DNA of 64,000 nucleotides from a plasmid, in sequence record NZ_CP137560.1. The stretch is one strand, 5' to 3'. The position numbers and the translations under genes were made by a program. Positions 46,823 through 56,368 of this stretch are shown in pieces (positions within the stretch are counted from its first letter, which is position 1; each line of letters starts with the position of its first letter). The notes below the pieces were generated by a model, which saw nothing but the letters and a program-made list of their open reading frames with translations, was not told the DNA's origin and ran no database searches.

Positions 46823-47629
46823 ATGGAATTAGACAAATTTGAAGAGTTCCTAAGCCAAGGCAATATGGCTAAGAACACGATTTCGGCATATCTGTATGCT
46901 GTGAAGGAGTTTGGCTCTCGACACAAAGAGTTGAACAAGAGAAACCTGTTGATTTACAAGACCTACTTGATTGAGACTTACAAGCCCAAGACGGTGAACC
47001 TCCGTATTCAGGCGATGAACAAGTACCTTGTATTTGTAGGCAAGACGAAACTCCGCTTGAAGTCGGTCAAGGTGCAGCAACGTTCTTATTTGGAGAATGT
47101 CATCAGCAATGCCGACTACACCTTCCTGAAGAACAAGTTGAAGAAGGAAGACAACTTGGAGTGGTACTTTGTGGTGCGTTTCTTGGCTGCGACTGGTGCC
47201 AGAGTGAGCGAACTTGTGCAAATCAAAATTGAGCATGTGCAAGTAGGCTATTATGACATCTACACCAAGGGTGGCAAGATACGGCGTATCTATATCCCCA
47301 AGACATTGCGCACGGAAACAGAAAAGTGGTTGCAGACACTCAACCGTACAAGTGGCTATCTCTTTCTCAATCGCTTTGGCGAGCGCATCACGACAAGAGG
47401 CATATCACAGCAGTTGAAGAACTATGCGGTGAAGTATGGCTTGAATGAGAAAGTGGTTTACCCTCACTCATTCCGCCATCGTTATGCCAAAAATTTCTTG
47501 GAGAAGTTCAACGACATTGCCCTGCTTGCAGACCTTATGGGGCATGAAAGCATCGAAACGACACGTATCTATCTACGAAGAAGCAGCATTGAGCAACAAG
47601 AGATAGTTGACAAAGTGATAACCTGGTAA
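46823..47629 (+). CDS. tyrosine recombinase (XerD-like) adjacent to hsdS cassettes; likely hsdS invertase
   Basis: C-terminal HSFRHRYAKNFL...LMGHESIETTRIYL catalytic signature. 268 aa. Confidence 0.8.
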   Translation: MELDKFEEFLSQGNMAKNTISAYLYAVKEFGSRHKELNKRNLLIYKTYLIETYKPKTVNLRIQAMNKYLVFVGKTKLRLKSVKVQQRSYLENVISNADYTFLKNKLKKEDNLEWYFVVRFLAATGARVSELVQIKIEHVQVGYYDIYTKGGKIRRIYIPKTLRTETEKWLQTLNRTSGYLFLNRFGERITTRGISQQLKNYAVKYGLNEKVVYPHSFRHRYAKNFLEKFNDIALLADLMGHESIETTRIYLRRSSIEQQEIVDKVITW

Positions 47630-47761
47630 TCGGAGCATATTCTATATCTTTTGATATGTTATCCATGCTATTAAACTATGCAAACGAGTATATGCTTTTT
47701 ACAACAAGTAGAATTGATTATCAGCGTTTTGCATTACCTTTGCACTCAAAAGGAAATACGC

Positions 47762-48709
47762 ATGGGACTATTCAAGAAGATAAAAGACATATTCAGCAAC
47801 GACAAAGGCAAGGAGACAAACACGCAAGAGAAAGTTTCCTTGCCTTCTTCTATAAATGTACCTCAACAGTCCATCAAGCAGCCTTTGGTAATGCCTGGTG
47901 TTACAGAGGTTATAAAGGCAAGGTCATATCTGAAAGCAAATGACACAGAACAGACTAAATGCCAATACGAGAGTGCGGTTCAAAAAGGATATTCATTGAA
48001 CCTTGAACCCTATAATTGGCTACTTCGCCATTATACAAGCAAAGAACAATGGAGCGATGCCAAGCGTGTTCTATTGCTTGTCCCTGCAAAATTCAGCCAA
48101 GATGCGCTTGTTGTCGAATTTAGGGAAGTAATAAGGCAACGAGAAGACAAACTACCCAAACAAGCCAATCTCCACAGAAACATTACCACCAAAGATACAT
48201 TGGCAAACCGATACAAAAGTTTGATTGCTCAACTGCCCGAATTTGATTTCTATACAAATGGAAACGACACATTGTTTTCAGAAGACGTTCCAGTGTGCCA
48301 TCAGATAGAAGATATAATCAGCCATATAGAGAATGAACTACGCAAGGCAAAGGTTGCCGAAAAAAGCAAGGATTACATCACTGCAACCAATATCTATGAA
48401 GAGCTGATTGCCAATGGCTATTGGAAGCCAGAGCCTTACAACCGTCTGCTTTATATCTATGATAAGGCAGGGCTTACAAATGGTATAAAGGAGTTGCTTA
48501 TTCTTGCAATAAGTTTCTTTGAAAATCAGCAAAAGAAACAGAAACAGGAATTGTTACGCCTTGCCGACAAGTACAAAAGCAGAGCCTATGCAGAGGCGAA
48601 AATAAATCAAGGAAAGACAGTGGCATATTTCGATGGTTTCTTTGAAATATACATGCCTTTCCCTGATATTGATGTCTGGAAGCGAATACTCGCTGATACT
48701 ACCGCTTAA
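47762..48709 (+). CDS. hypothetical protein with TPR-like helical repeats (~315 aa from MGLFKK)
   Basis: ORF only. Convergent overlap of a few bp with the relaxase 3' end. Confidence 0.35.
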   Translation: MGLFKKIKDIFSNDKGKETNTQEKVSLPSSINVPQQSIKQPLVMPGVTEVIKARSYLKANDTEQTKCQYESAVQKGYSLNLEPYNWLLRHYTSKEQWSDAKRVLLLVPAKFSQDALVVEFREVIRQREDKLPKQANLHRNITTKDTLANRYKSLIAQLPEFDFYTNGNDTLFSEDVPVCHQIEDIISHIENELRKAKVAEKSKDYITATNIYEELIANGYWKPEPYNRLLYIYDKAGLTNGIKELLILAISFFENQQKKQKQELLRLADKYKSRAYAEAKINQGKTVAYFDGFFEIYMPFPDIDVWKRILADTTA

Positions 48710-50135
48710 TGCCCGAACTCTTTTTGGGATAGTGTTTGCTGTGGGCGAATCTCATGCAGCGTCTGGCAAAGCTGAAAATATCCTCGTCCTTATCCCTCCA
48801 AGGCAATTCCGAATTGGAGCCACCGCCACCTCCCGACTGCGTGATGCTTGTTGCCCCATTGATGCCCTCAATGAACATCTTGACGGCTGTGCCAAGTACA
48901 TCTTTGAAACGCATATCGCACATATCTTCAATAATGGTGTTCTCTGCCATTTTCTTGGCTTCGGGTACATTGGCGCAAATTCTACTGCTCATCGTCAGCA
49001 GTTCTTGAAAACTGCCTGCAAGGATAGAGGCTTGGGCGTATGTTTGCAATGTCCGTGAAGTCTGCTCCTGCACGACACGCAAAGTTTCAGCCTCAGACTT
49101 CTGCGCCCTTGTCATGGCTCTGAACTCGGCAAGGGCTTCATCGGCTGCACTCAGTTTTTCTCGTTTGTCCGTCAGTTTGAACTCCAAGGTGGACAACTGA
49201 CTTTTGAGCCGTTCCAGTTCTTTTGACAACTCGGAATGTTCGCCATTCTGTTGTTCCAACAATTTCTCAACCTCATGAATTTTATTCTCCACCTCGGACT
49301 TCTGGTGAGTGAGGTTTTCTATCATCGTTTTCAGACCTTTAACGGCATTCTCCTTTCTGCGAATGTCAAGTTCCAGTTTGCCATTTGCGATTTCCAACTC
49401 ACGGCTTTCGGCTTGGAGTTGTCTATACCATTCGTCACGAGGGACATGCTGGGCATTGGTAGCCGAAACTGATTCGCCACGTACCAAGCCCCACTTTTTG
49501 TTGACCTCTGCCAAGTAGTCGTGGATAGCATCCAGTTTGTTTGCGTCACCACCAAAAGTATCTCGGTATTTGATACGCATCTTCTGTTTCTTTTCATCGT
49601 ACATAATTGGCGTGACAAGGCAATGGATATGCGGTGAAGACTCGTCAAGATGAACGGAAAAGTCTATGATGTTGTCTTCGCCCCATGCATCGGCAACAGC
49701 CTTGTAGATGTCCTTTGCCCACAATTCTATCTCCGCTTTGCGCTTGACATGACTGTTGTCTGCGCCTTTCGCTCGCTCCACATTTTGGTCTCCGAAAGCC
49801 ATTTCTCGCATTCTGTCGGCATCGCCCGAAAATATCATGTTGCAGGCAATGCGATATTTGGGCGTTTCAAGCCCTTTGTTAGGGTCTTCCGCACCAGTGA
49901 CTTCCAAACGGTCTTGAAACCGCTCCAAAATGGGCTTAGAAGAGCCGAGAGGTACAATCTTACCGCCCTTGACTATCTCAAAGTTGAGATGCGCACGGCT
50001 CTTGTCGTAGTTAAACTTCTTGTTGGAGGCTTTTGCTTCCCATTGGGATTCCGTCCAACGCCTCTGATGTTCGTTATCTTCACCTGCCGAAAACGACTTG
50101 ACGGCTTGTTGGTGAAACACTTGGTATTCTGGCAT
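48699..50135 (-). CDS. mobilisation relaxase (Bacteroides MobB-type)
   Basis: HLDESSPHIHCLVTPI histidine-triad motif. Coiled-coil middle. Gly-run plus RDKDEDIFSFARRC C-terminal motif shared with the relaxase at 62741-63964. Confidence 0.75.
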   Translation of the reverse strand: MPEYQVFHQQAVKSFSAGEDNEHQRRWTESQWEAKASNKKFNYDKSRAHLNFEIVKGGKIVPLGSSKPILERFQDRLEVTGAEDPNKGLETPKYRIACNMIFSGDADRMREMAFGDQNVERAKGADNSHVKRKAEIELWAKDIYKAVADAWGEDNIIDFSVHLDESSPHIHCLVTPIMYDEKKQKMRIKYRDTFGGDANKLDAIHDYLAEVNKKWGLVRGESVSATNAQHVPRDEWYRQLQAESRELEIANGKLELDIRRKENAVKGLKTMIENLTHQKSEVENKIHEVEKLLEQQNGEHSELSKELERLKSQLSTLEFKLTDKREKLSAADEALAEFRAMTRAQKSEAETLRVVQEQTSRTLQTYAQASILAGSFQELLTMSSRICANVPEAKKMAENTIIEDMCDMRFKDVLGTAVKMFIEGINGATSITQSGGGGGSNSELPWRDKDEDIFSFARRCMRFAHSKHYPKKSSGIKR

Positions 50136-50331
50136 AATGTTATTTCTAAGATGGGGTAATGAAATTTATAAAACGAGCTTGCTCTGGTGTCCTCCTAAGG
50201 GCTTGCCCGATGGAGCATAATTCGGTTGGTGATAACCATACCGAGGATTATGTTCCCCATCTACATTATGCGTACATATAGGCAAGCCTCTTCTGTTGTG
50301 TACCATCACTGCTCTAAAACGGTTTTGATGA

Positions 50332-50389
50332 AGTCTTGGCATTGCGTTCTTACTGGCAAACTGACATCATGAAGGCAAATGCCAAGACT
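50332..50389. promoter_or_regulatory. candidate oriT: 12-bp perfect inverted repeat AGTCTTGGCATT ... AATGCCAAGACT
   Basis: Arms at 50332-50343 and 50378-50389, in the 274-bp spacer between the relaxase and the upstream mobilisation accessory gene. Confidence 0.35.
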
Positions 50390-50409
50390 AAAAATGAATG
50401 AACGGTAGG

Positions 50410-51018
50410 TTACATTTCACGTTGCTCGTGGAATTGCTCCATATCTTCCGCCAACAACTGCTCTCTCACATCATCAGGGATTTCTTCCAAGGAATGGATT
50501 TGCTCCATTTCCGAAGGAGTGATTTCTGATGAATCGGAAGAAGGCAAAGGCAAAGTTGAAGAAGTCGGATCTGAAACAGACTTGTTCGGGTTCTGTTCCG
50601 ACTTCGCTTTGCCGTTGTCTCGCTTATAAAGGGCATTGGCTGTATAAACCGTTTCACCCTCATGCTTCCACGCTGCTATGCACCTCATATCCATAATGGT
50701 GGTAAGGCAATCAGTTTTTATTGTTACGATACCCAACTGTTCCAACTGTTTCAAGAAGCGGATAACTGTCTTTCGGTTGCAGTTCCATTCCTTTGAAAGT
50801 TCAAGGGCAGATACACAAGTTTGTCCTTGCATTAGTGGTTTGGATATGCCACGCTTGGTATAGGTGGTATCGGCAGTTGCCGTGTGGTGAAGCAGTCTGC
50901 GGAAACATTGTATTCTGTTGATGCCTCCCTCGTTGCTACTGAGAAAATTCAGTTGTTCGTCCGTCAATGACAAATAGTAAGTGACAGGGCGAGTTTTGTC
51001 TATCTCTTTTCTTTCCAT
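50410..51018 (-). CDS. HTH-containing mobilisation accessory protein (MobA-like?), start probably MERKEID
   Basis: HTH-like VSALELSKEWNCNRKTVIRFLKQLEQLGIV; acidic Ser/Pro-rich tail. Located upstream of the relaxase. Confidence 0.4.
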   Translation of the reverse strand: MERKEIDKTRPVTYYLSLTDEQLNFLSSNEGGINRIQCFRRLLHHTATADTTYTKRGISKPLMQGQTCVSALELSKEWNCNRKTVIRFLKQLEQLGIVTIKTDCLTTIMDMRCIAAWKHEGETVYTANALYKRDNGKAKSEQNPNKSVSDPTSSTLPLPSSDSSEITPSEMEQIHSLEEIPDDVREQLLAEDMEQFHEQREM

Positions 51019-51062
51019 GTCCGAATGGTTTATAAATGGTGAATGACTGAAAGGACAACAAA

Positions 51063-51371
51063 TCATCGGTGAAGACCATGCTGTTGCCGTGGCATATCCT
51101 CACTGACAATCTTCATGAGTTTTCTATCCAAGCGTTGAAGTTCATCTTTGTTAAGACTGTTTATTGCCTCTATGCTTACTCGTAATGCAACGGCACGTCT
51201 TCCATACAAAATGGCTTGTTCGTCATTGTCTATGGCATGGTTTGCACCAGTTGCTTCAATGTAATCATTGACGGCATCCCTCATGGATAGTTCACGAAGT
51301 CCTGTCTTAGCCCAGAGGACAGACAGTTTGACTGCCTGTTCCTTCTTGGCTTCAAATTCTGTTGTCCTCAT
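51063..51371 (-). CDS. hypothetical protein (~102 aa from MRTTEFE)
   Basis: ORF trimmed to its internal Met to avoid overlap with the excisionase-like gene. Confidence 0.3.
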   Translation of the reverse strand: MRTTEFEAKKEQAVKLSVLWAKTGLRELSMRDAVNDYIEATGANHAIDNDEQAILYGRRAVALRVSIEAINSLNKDELQRLDRKLMKIVSEDMPRQQHGLHR

Positions 51372-51373
51372 GA

Positions 51374-51784
51374 CTACTTGACACTTAAATTTTTCAAGAT
51401 ACGGTTGGCTTCTTCTGAAACCTGCGCCTTTGACGCAATCGCATTTCTGCGAATCCATGTCAAGAGTTCCGCTTTCTCGAAATACACCATCTTGCCATTC
51501 GGCTTGTAATAAGGAATGGTCTGCTCATGGGTCATCTTGTAGAGCGAACTTTTTGTCACTCCCATAAATCGGGCAGCTTCTTCCAAAGTCAGCACTTCCT
51601 TACCTGCTGACAGGGTATTTTCAAGCACTTCTACTCGCTTGGCGAGTTTTAGGTTCTCCAGCATGAGCGCTTGAACATCTGGAGTTACACTTTGATTGGT
51701 TCGTGATTCCATAATCTGTTGATGTTTTAATTTGACTATTTCATCATGACCATTGTTTGTGATTGCAAGTTGAAAGTGGTGCAA
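51374..51784 (-). CDS. excisionase/MerR-like HTH_17 DNA-binding protein
   Basis: LTLEEAARFMGVTKSSLYKMTHEQTIPYYKPNGKMVYFEKAELLTWI. Confidence 0.6.
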   Translation of the reverse strand: MHHFQLAITNNGHDEIVKLKHQQIMESRTNQSVTPDVQALMLENLKLAKRVEVLENTLSAGKEVLTLEEAARFMGVTKSSLYKMTHEQTIPYYKPNGKMVYFEKAELLTWIRRNAIASKAQVSEEANRILKNLSVK

Positions 51785-52061
51785 AGGTATGTAAGATATT
51801 TCTCATTCTGTTAGAAATGCTTGGTCAATGACGAAATCTTAAGCTATATTATAATAATGAAGTTATTTCATACTCTAAATCATACTTGGATGAAATAAAG
51901 TGAGGACAAAATCAAACTTAGAAACGATAGTAAGAATACAAGAGAAACGCTGTTTTTGGAACTTGGTTGTCAAATCCTCAAAACAGCCATAAAATGCAGA
52001 AATGGTGCTTGGGCTGTAATTTTATAGTTGCAAATACGCAATTATCTCTTTTTATTTGGAA

Positions 52062-52084
52062 ATTTTTGTTGCACGTTTGTTACG
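52062..52084 (+). repeat. subterminal direct repeat ATTTTTGTTGCACGTTTGTTACG (right copy)
   Basis: Exact match to 34346-34368; lies ~60 bp inside the right junction. Confidence 0.7.
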
Positions 52085-52117
52085 TGGAGGTGTTTTGTGA
52101 AATAGCAACACTGATAA

Positions 52118-52861
52118 TCAGCGAGTTACATAGCGAAATAATCCCACGAAGTAAAGCATTGCACCATAGAAATGAACCGTCAAATACCTAGTAAGCCACT
52201 TAGCCCAGGCTCCCTCCCATTTTGGAAGGACAGAAAAAGCCCATTGGATAGGGCCAAAGATAGTGAGCATACCCAACAATATCTGCTGACAGAAGATGGT
52301 ACTCCACCATCCTACACGATAAATGACGAGAGCAAAGAACATCACTATCTTATCCAGTCCTATGATAAGACCTGCAAAAACGGAACGGTCAGCGGCCTCC
52401 TGCACCATGGCTTCTCCTTCTTGCTTACTCTCGATGTCTTCCACTTGCATGGAGGCATCTTGAACGATTTCACTTAGAATCAATTCCTTGGCAACCTCTT
52501 GCTTGGGTGCTATTTTTCGATAGAGTGAGTCACGTTTCTGTACCAGCGGCATCAACTCATTATATTTCTCACTCACCTGTATGGCCTCCGCCTCATATAG
52601 GTCATGTGTATAGGAACCTATGCAGTTAGGTATAAATGCGAGGGCATCCAAGATGCTTCCATTATTGTTGGTAGAAGAAGGATACCAGAAGCACATAACC
52701 AGTGCGATACCCATCACTTTCATGATTTTGATCACGTCAATGGGTTCCCCTTTGACAAGCATCTTGTAACACATGCCACCAGCCACAAGAATGGAGAAAA
52801 GTGCTCCAAGAGCCATGCACATCTGCAAAATCCACCAATTATCCCAAGCGGGTCTAACCAT
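52118..52861 (-). pseudogene. traJ: traJ 5' fragment (N-terminal ~250 aa of TraJ-like membrane protein), truncated by insertion
   Basis: Multi-TM protein. Motifs EPIDVIKIMKVMGIALVMCFWYP and GPIQWAFSVLPKW...WLTRYLTVHFYG resemble the Bacteroidetes TraJ family as I recall it. Ends LYFVG + LFRYVTR-stop, the tail being contributed by the inserted element. Confidence 0.5.
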
Positions 52862-53085
52862 CGGAAATGAAAGGATAGTAAAGTGATGTAATATCGCTGA
52901 TTTACAGTCTATTAGGAATGAAAGCCGGTTTTGGATTGGTTCGTTATTCTTTCCTAAATTAGCGGATTGTTTACCCACTTTTGTCTCGTTTTTGTCCCTC
53001 GTTGTATTATCTTTGTATCGCAAGTTAAATGCTTGATAATCAGTGATAAAAGAATATATTAACATCAGAAAAGAAAGGAAATAAA

Positions 53086-54267
53086 ATGGGACGAAAGAAG
53101 AAGGAAATCCGTTTGAAGGAGCCAGTGCGCATCCGAGAAAAGAAGATAGCTGGTGGCAACATCAGCCTCTATCTTGACATTTACCAAAAGGGATTGAGAA
53201 AGAAAGAGACGTTGAAACTCTATCTTGTGCCAGAAATCAACGCTGCTACCAAGTTGCAAAACGCCAATACAAGAAAGTTGGCAGAGCAAATCAAGGCGCA
53301 GCGCATTCTTGACATCCAGAGAGAGGGTCTTGTGGATTGGGACAAGGTGAAGAAGTCACGCATGACACTTACCAAGTGGATGGATGACTTTGTGAAGTAC
53401 AATGCCGAGTTGTCTGAGTCTTCCATGAAGACAAAGCGCAACACTCATGCTCGCATTGACCAATACCTATTACATATAGGCAAGCCAGAGTTTCTGTTGA
53501 AAGACGTGGACAAGGAGTTTTGCAAAGGCTTCATTACTTTTTTGAAGACTTGCACCTACAATGATGGAAAGAAACAACTCAGCACCACCACTTGCCGTAT
53601 GTTCGTCAACTATTTCGGCTCGTCATTGGCAAAGGCAGTAAGGGACGGACTGATTGAGCAAAATCCATTCTTGCTGTTGGAGGCAAAGGAGAAGCCACAG
53701 AAGCGAGTGGCTGAGCGTGAGTTTCTGACGATAGAGGAAATAAAGAAGGTGATGAACACACCATGCCGTTATGAACTGGTGAAGAAAGCCTTTCTATTCT
53801 CCTGTTTCACCGGTCTGCGATATAGCGACATGAAAGCCTTGAACTGGAGTGAAATCCACAAGGCTGCTGACGGCAAGACAGAATACATTGACCATATCCA
53901 AGTCAAGACCAAGGATAGAGTAACCATCCCCTTGTCGGAAGAAACAAAGAAGTGGATGCCTAAAAGAGAAGAAGGCATAGACAACATCTTCCACAACTTG
54001 ACAATCACATCTACAACTGTAGAAGTGGTGCTGAAAGAATGGATGGAGGCAGCAGGAATAACCAAGCATATAACCTACCATTGCTCACGACATACAGCGG
54101 CTACGATGCTCCTGACTCTTGGTGCAAGTATCTATGTAGTAAGCAAGATACTTGGACACAAGAGCATCAAGATGACGGAGATTTACGCGAAGATAGTTGA
54201 CAAGAAGAAGTTGGAAACCGTGAACCTCGTGAACGGAATGTTTGACCAAATACCAGTAATACAATGA
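53086..54267 (+). CDS. tyrosine-type site-specific integrase (393 aa)
   Basis: HCSRHTAATMLLTLGASIYVVSKILGHKSIKMTEIYAKI. Homologous to the 34454-35620 integrase. Confidence 0.85.
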   Translation: MGRKKKEIRLKEPVRIREKKIAGGNISLYLDIYQKGLRKKETLKLYLVPEINAATKLQNANTRKLAEQIKAQRILDIQREGLVDWDKVKKSRMTLTKWMDDFVKYNAELSESSMKTKRNTHARIDQYLLHIGKPEFLLKDVDKEFCKGFITFLKTCTYNDGKKQLSTTTCRMFVNYFGSSLAKAVRDGLIEQNPFLLLEAKEKPQKRVAEREFLTIEEIKKVMNTPCRYELVKKAFLFSCFTGLRYSDMKALNWSEIHKAADGKTEYIDHIQVKTKDRVTIPLSEETKKWMPKREEGIDNIFHNLTITSTTVEVVLKEWMEAAGITKHITYHCSRHTAATMLLTLGASIYVVSKILGHKSIKMTEIYAKIVDKKKLETVNLVNGMFDQIPVIQ

Positions 54268-55424
54268 AGATAGAAATCAAGGAACGTAAGCTGACGGAAG
54301 GCAAAAGAGCCTTATATCTGGAATACTACGAGACTGGCTTCCGCAAGAGAGAAAACCTGCACCTCTATCTCTTGCCCGATGATGCCGTTGGTGCTGCAAA
54401 GCACAATCGGCTTACATACAACAAGGCTATGGAGATACGAGCAGAGCGCATCCTCACCCCTCCTGTATTGGAGAAAGAGAATGCCAAAAGCGAAGAACAA
54501 GGCAACGGCTTGACTTGGCTGCAATGGTGCGATGACTATATCAAATGGTCTGTTGATTGTGGCAACTGCAAGAAGATGATAGGTCATAAGAATGTTGTCC
54601 GTAAGCGTATAGCCACTTATCTGCGAAGAGTAGATAAGAAAGAAATCCTGCTGAAAGATGTCAGTAAAGATGAAATTTGCGGTCTTTTTGATTATATGCG
54701 CAACAAGTATCGCAACAAACGCCAAATCAAGACCAACGGAGGACGGTTGGCTGATTACACATTACTGTTGTTTGAGGAAACTGTCAAAGCGATATTTAAT
54801 AAGGCTATGCGTGAAGGACTTGTAAAATTCAATCCTGTACACAGTCTAAACAAGTTGGAACGCTTCCATGCTCCTGACAAACACAGAGAGTATCTTACGC
54901 CCGAAGAACTCACACGTTTCCTGGCGGTGGAAGCTGAATGCGAGAATGAACGAACCGTACAACTCGCATTTGGCTTATCATCCATGACAGCCCTTCGCCT
55001 TGGCGATATGCAGCATCTGAGGTGGTGTGATATTAAAATGATAGATGGCGTACCGACAATCAGCATCATACAGCGAAAGACAAAGCGTCCTGCCATTATT
55101 CCGCTCAATGAAATGGCGCAATCGTTGTTGCCACCTCGGGCGGATGACAATCCGGAAAGTCTTGTGTTTCACCTTGTCAAGAAGTCAGACAACGTATCTA
55201 AATACGTAAGAAGACTTAAAGAAAAGGCTGGCATAGAAAAGGATTTGACCTACCATTGCTCACGGCATACGACAGCATCGTTGGCTATCTCAGCAGGAGC
55301 AGACATATCAGCAGTGAAGGATGTTTTGGGACATGGAAGCATCACTTCAACCGAAGTTTATGCAAAAGTGGCTCTTGAAAAGAAGATAGGGGCGGTCAAT
55401 CTGTTTAATGGCGTGTTTGATTGA
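54264..55424 (+). CDS. tyrosine-type site-specific integrase, second of pair (386 aa)
   Basis: HCSRHTTASLAISAGADISAVKDVLGHGSITSTEVYAKV. Followed by a hairpin (GGGAAG...CTTCCC) plus TTTT. Confidence 0.85.
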   Translation: MKIEIKERKLTEGKRALYLEYYETGFRKRENLHLYLLPDDAVGAAKHNRLTYNKAMEIRAERILTPPVLEKENAKSEEQGNGLTWLQWCDDYIKWSVDCGNCKKMIGHKNVVRKRIATYLRRVDKKEILLKDVSKDEICGLFDYMRNKYRNKRQIKTNGGRLADYTLLLFEETVKAIFNKAMREGLVKFNPVHSLNKLERFHAPDKHREYLTPEELTRFLAVEAECENERTVQLAFGLSSMTALRLGDMQHLRWCDIKMIDGVPTISIIQRKTKRPAIIPLNEMAQSLLPPRADDNPESLVFHLVKKSDNVSKYVRRLKEKAGIEKDLTYHCSRHTTASLAISAGADISAVKDVLGHGSITSTEVYAKVALEKKIGAVNLFNGVFD

Positions 55425-55573
55425 GACATACAGCAGGGAGCGAACAATGGGGAAGTCTTACTTCTTCCCTTTTGTTGGTAAATTGCCGTCAGGCTGTATT
55501 CAAAAAACGCTTGTGTTCAAATAAATCTGCAAGACTTATCTGGGCACAGGCTTTTTCATGTTCTATTTAATCT

Positions 55574-56227
55574 TTGATAAAGATGACAACAGGGGTAATA
55601 TACGCTCGTGTCTCCAGTATTGGTGACAGACAGAGCACGGAAAGACAGATCAAGGACTTGTCGGAGTATGCAAAATATAAGGGTATAGAAGTCCGCAAGG
55701 TCTTTGAGGAACACATTTCTGGCGCAAAGAAGAATGATGAGCGTCCAGTGTTGTGTGAAGCAATGGAATACTGCAAGGCAAACCGCATTGGAATCCTACT
55801 TGTCAGTGAACTGTCAAGATTGGGGCGTAATGCGTTTGAGGTGCTTGCCTCTGTCAAGGAACTCATAGACTGTGGCATTAACCTCTACATACAAAAGGAA
55901 CAGCTTACATTATTGGACGAAGAAGGACATCCGTCCCTCTTTGCCCCGATAATGATAGCCACGCTTTCGACCTGTGCGCAATTGGAACGTGACAATATCT
56001 CATTCCGATTGCAGTCAGGAAGGAAGCAGTATATAGAGAAAGGTGGAAAACTCGGACGCAAGATAGGCTCTGTAAAAACGGAAGAACAGATGAAAGCCGA
56101 ATATAGGGAAGTAATAAGTCTGCTTCGCAAGGGATATTCAATTCGGGATGTGGCGAAGTTGAGTGGTAAAGGGGTAAGTACCGTACAACGAGTTAAGCGA
56201 TTAATAAAAGTACAATCATCGCAATAA
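55574..56227 (+). CDS. serine recombinase (resolvase/invertase family) with C-terminal HTH
   Basis: N-terminal GVIYARVSSIGDRQSTERQ catalytic-serine motif; C-terminal HTH (YSIRDVAKLSGKGVSTVQR). Confidence 0.85.
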   Translation: MIKMTTGVIYARVSSIGDRQSTERQIKDLSEYAKYKGIEVRKVFEEHISGAKKNDERPVLCEAMEYCKANRIGILLVSELSRLGRNAFEVLASVKELIDCGINLYIQKEQLTLLDEEGHPSLFAPIMIATLSTCAQLERDNISFRLQSGRKQYIEKGGKLGRKIGSVKTEEQMKAEYREVISLLRKGYSIRDVAKLSGKGVSTVQRVKRLIKVQSSQ

Positions 56228-56368
56228 TACTATTGATTTTACGTTCTTTTCAAAGAAAGGGGTTGTGCAATAGTGGCTTAAAGGCTAAAAGCACTACCTT
56301 TGTATACAATAATAAGTAACAACACGTTTAAGGTCACAAATTGTGATCTCAAAAATAAAGATAGAAAT

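Larger units (their letters stand above)
34217..52145. mobile_element. integrative mobilizable element (~17.9 kb) inserted in traJ: 2 tyrosine integrases, HTH, Type I R-M with hsdS shufflon, relaxase, excisionase-like
   Basis: traJ halves flank it. The 8-bp shared core TACTTCGT at both junctions (34209-34216 and 52146-52153) sits within an imperfect ~18-bp duplication. 23-bp perfect subterminal direct repeats at 34346-34368 and 52062-52084. Confidence 0.6.
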
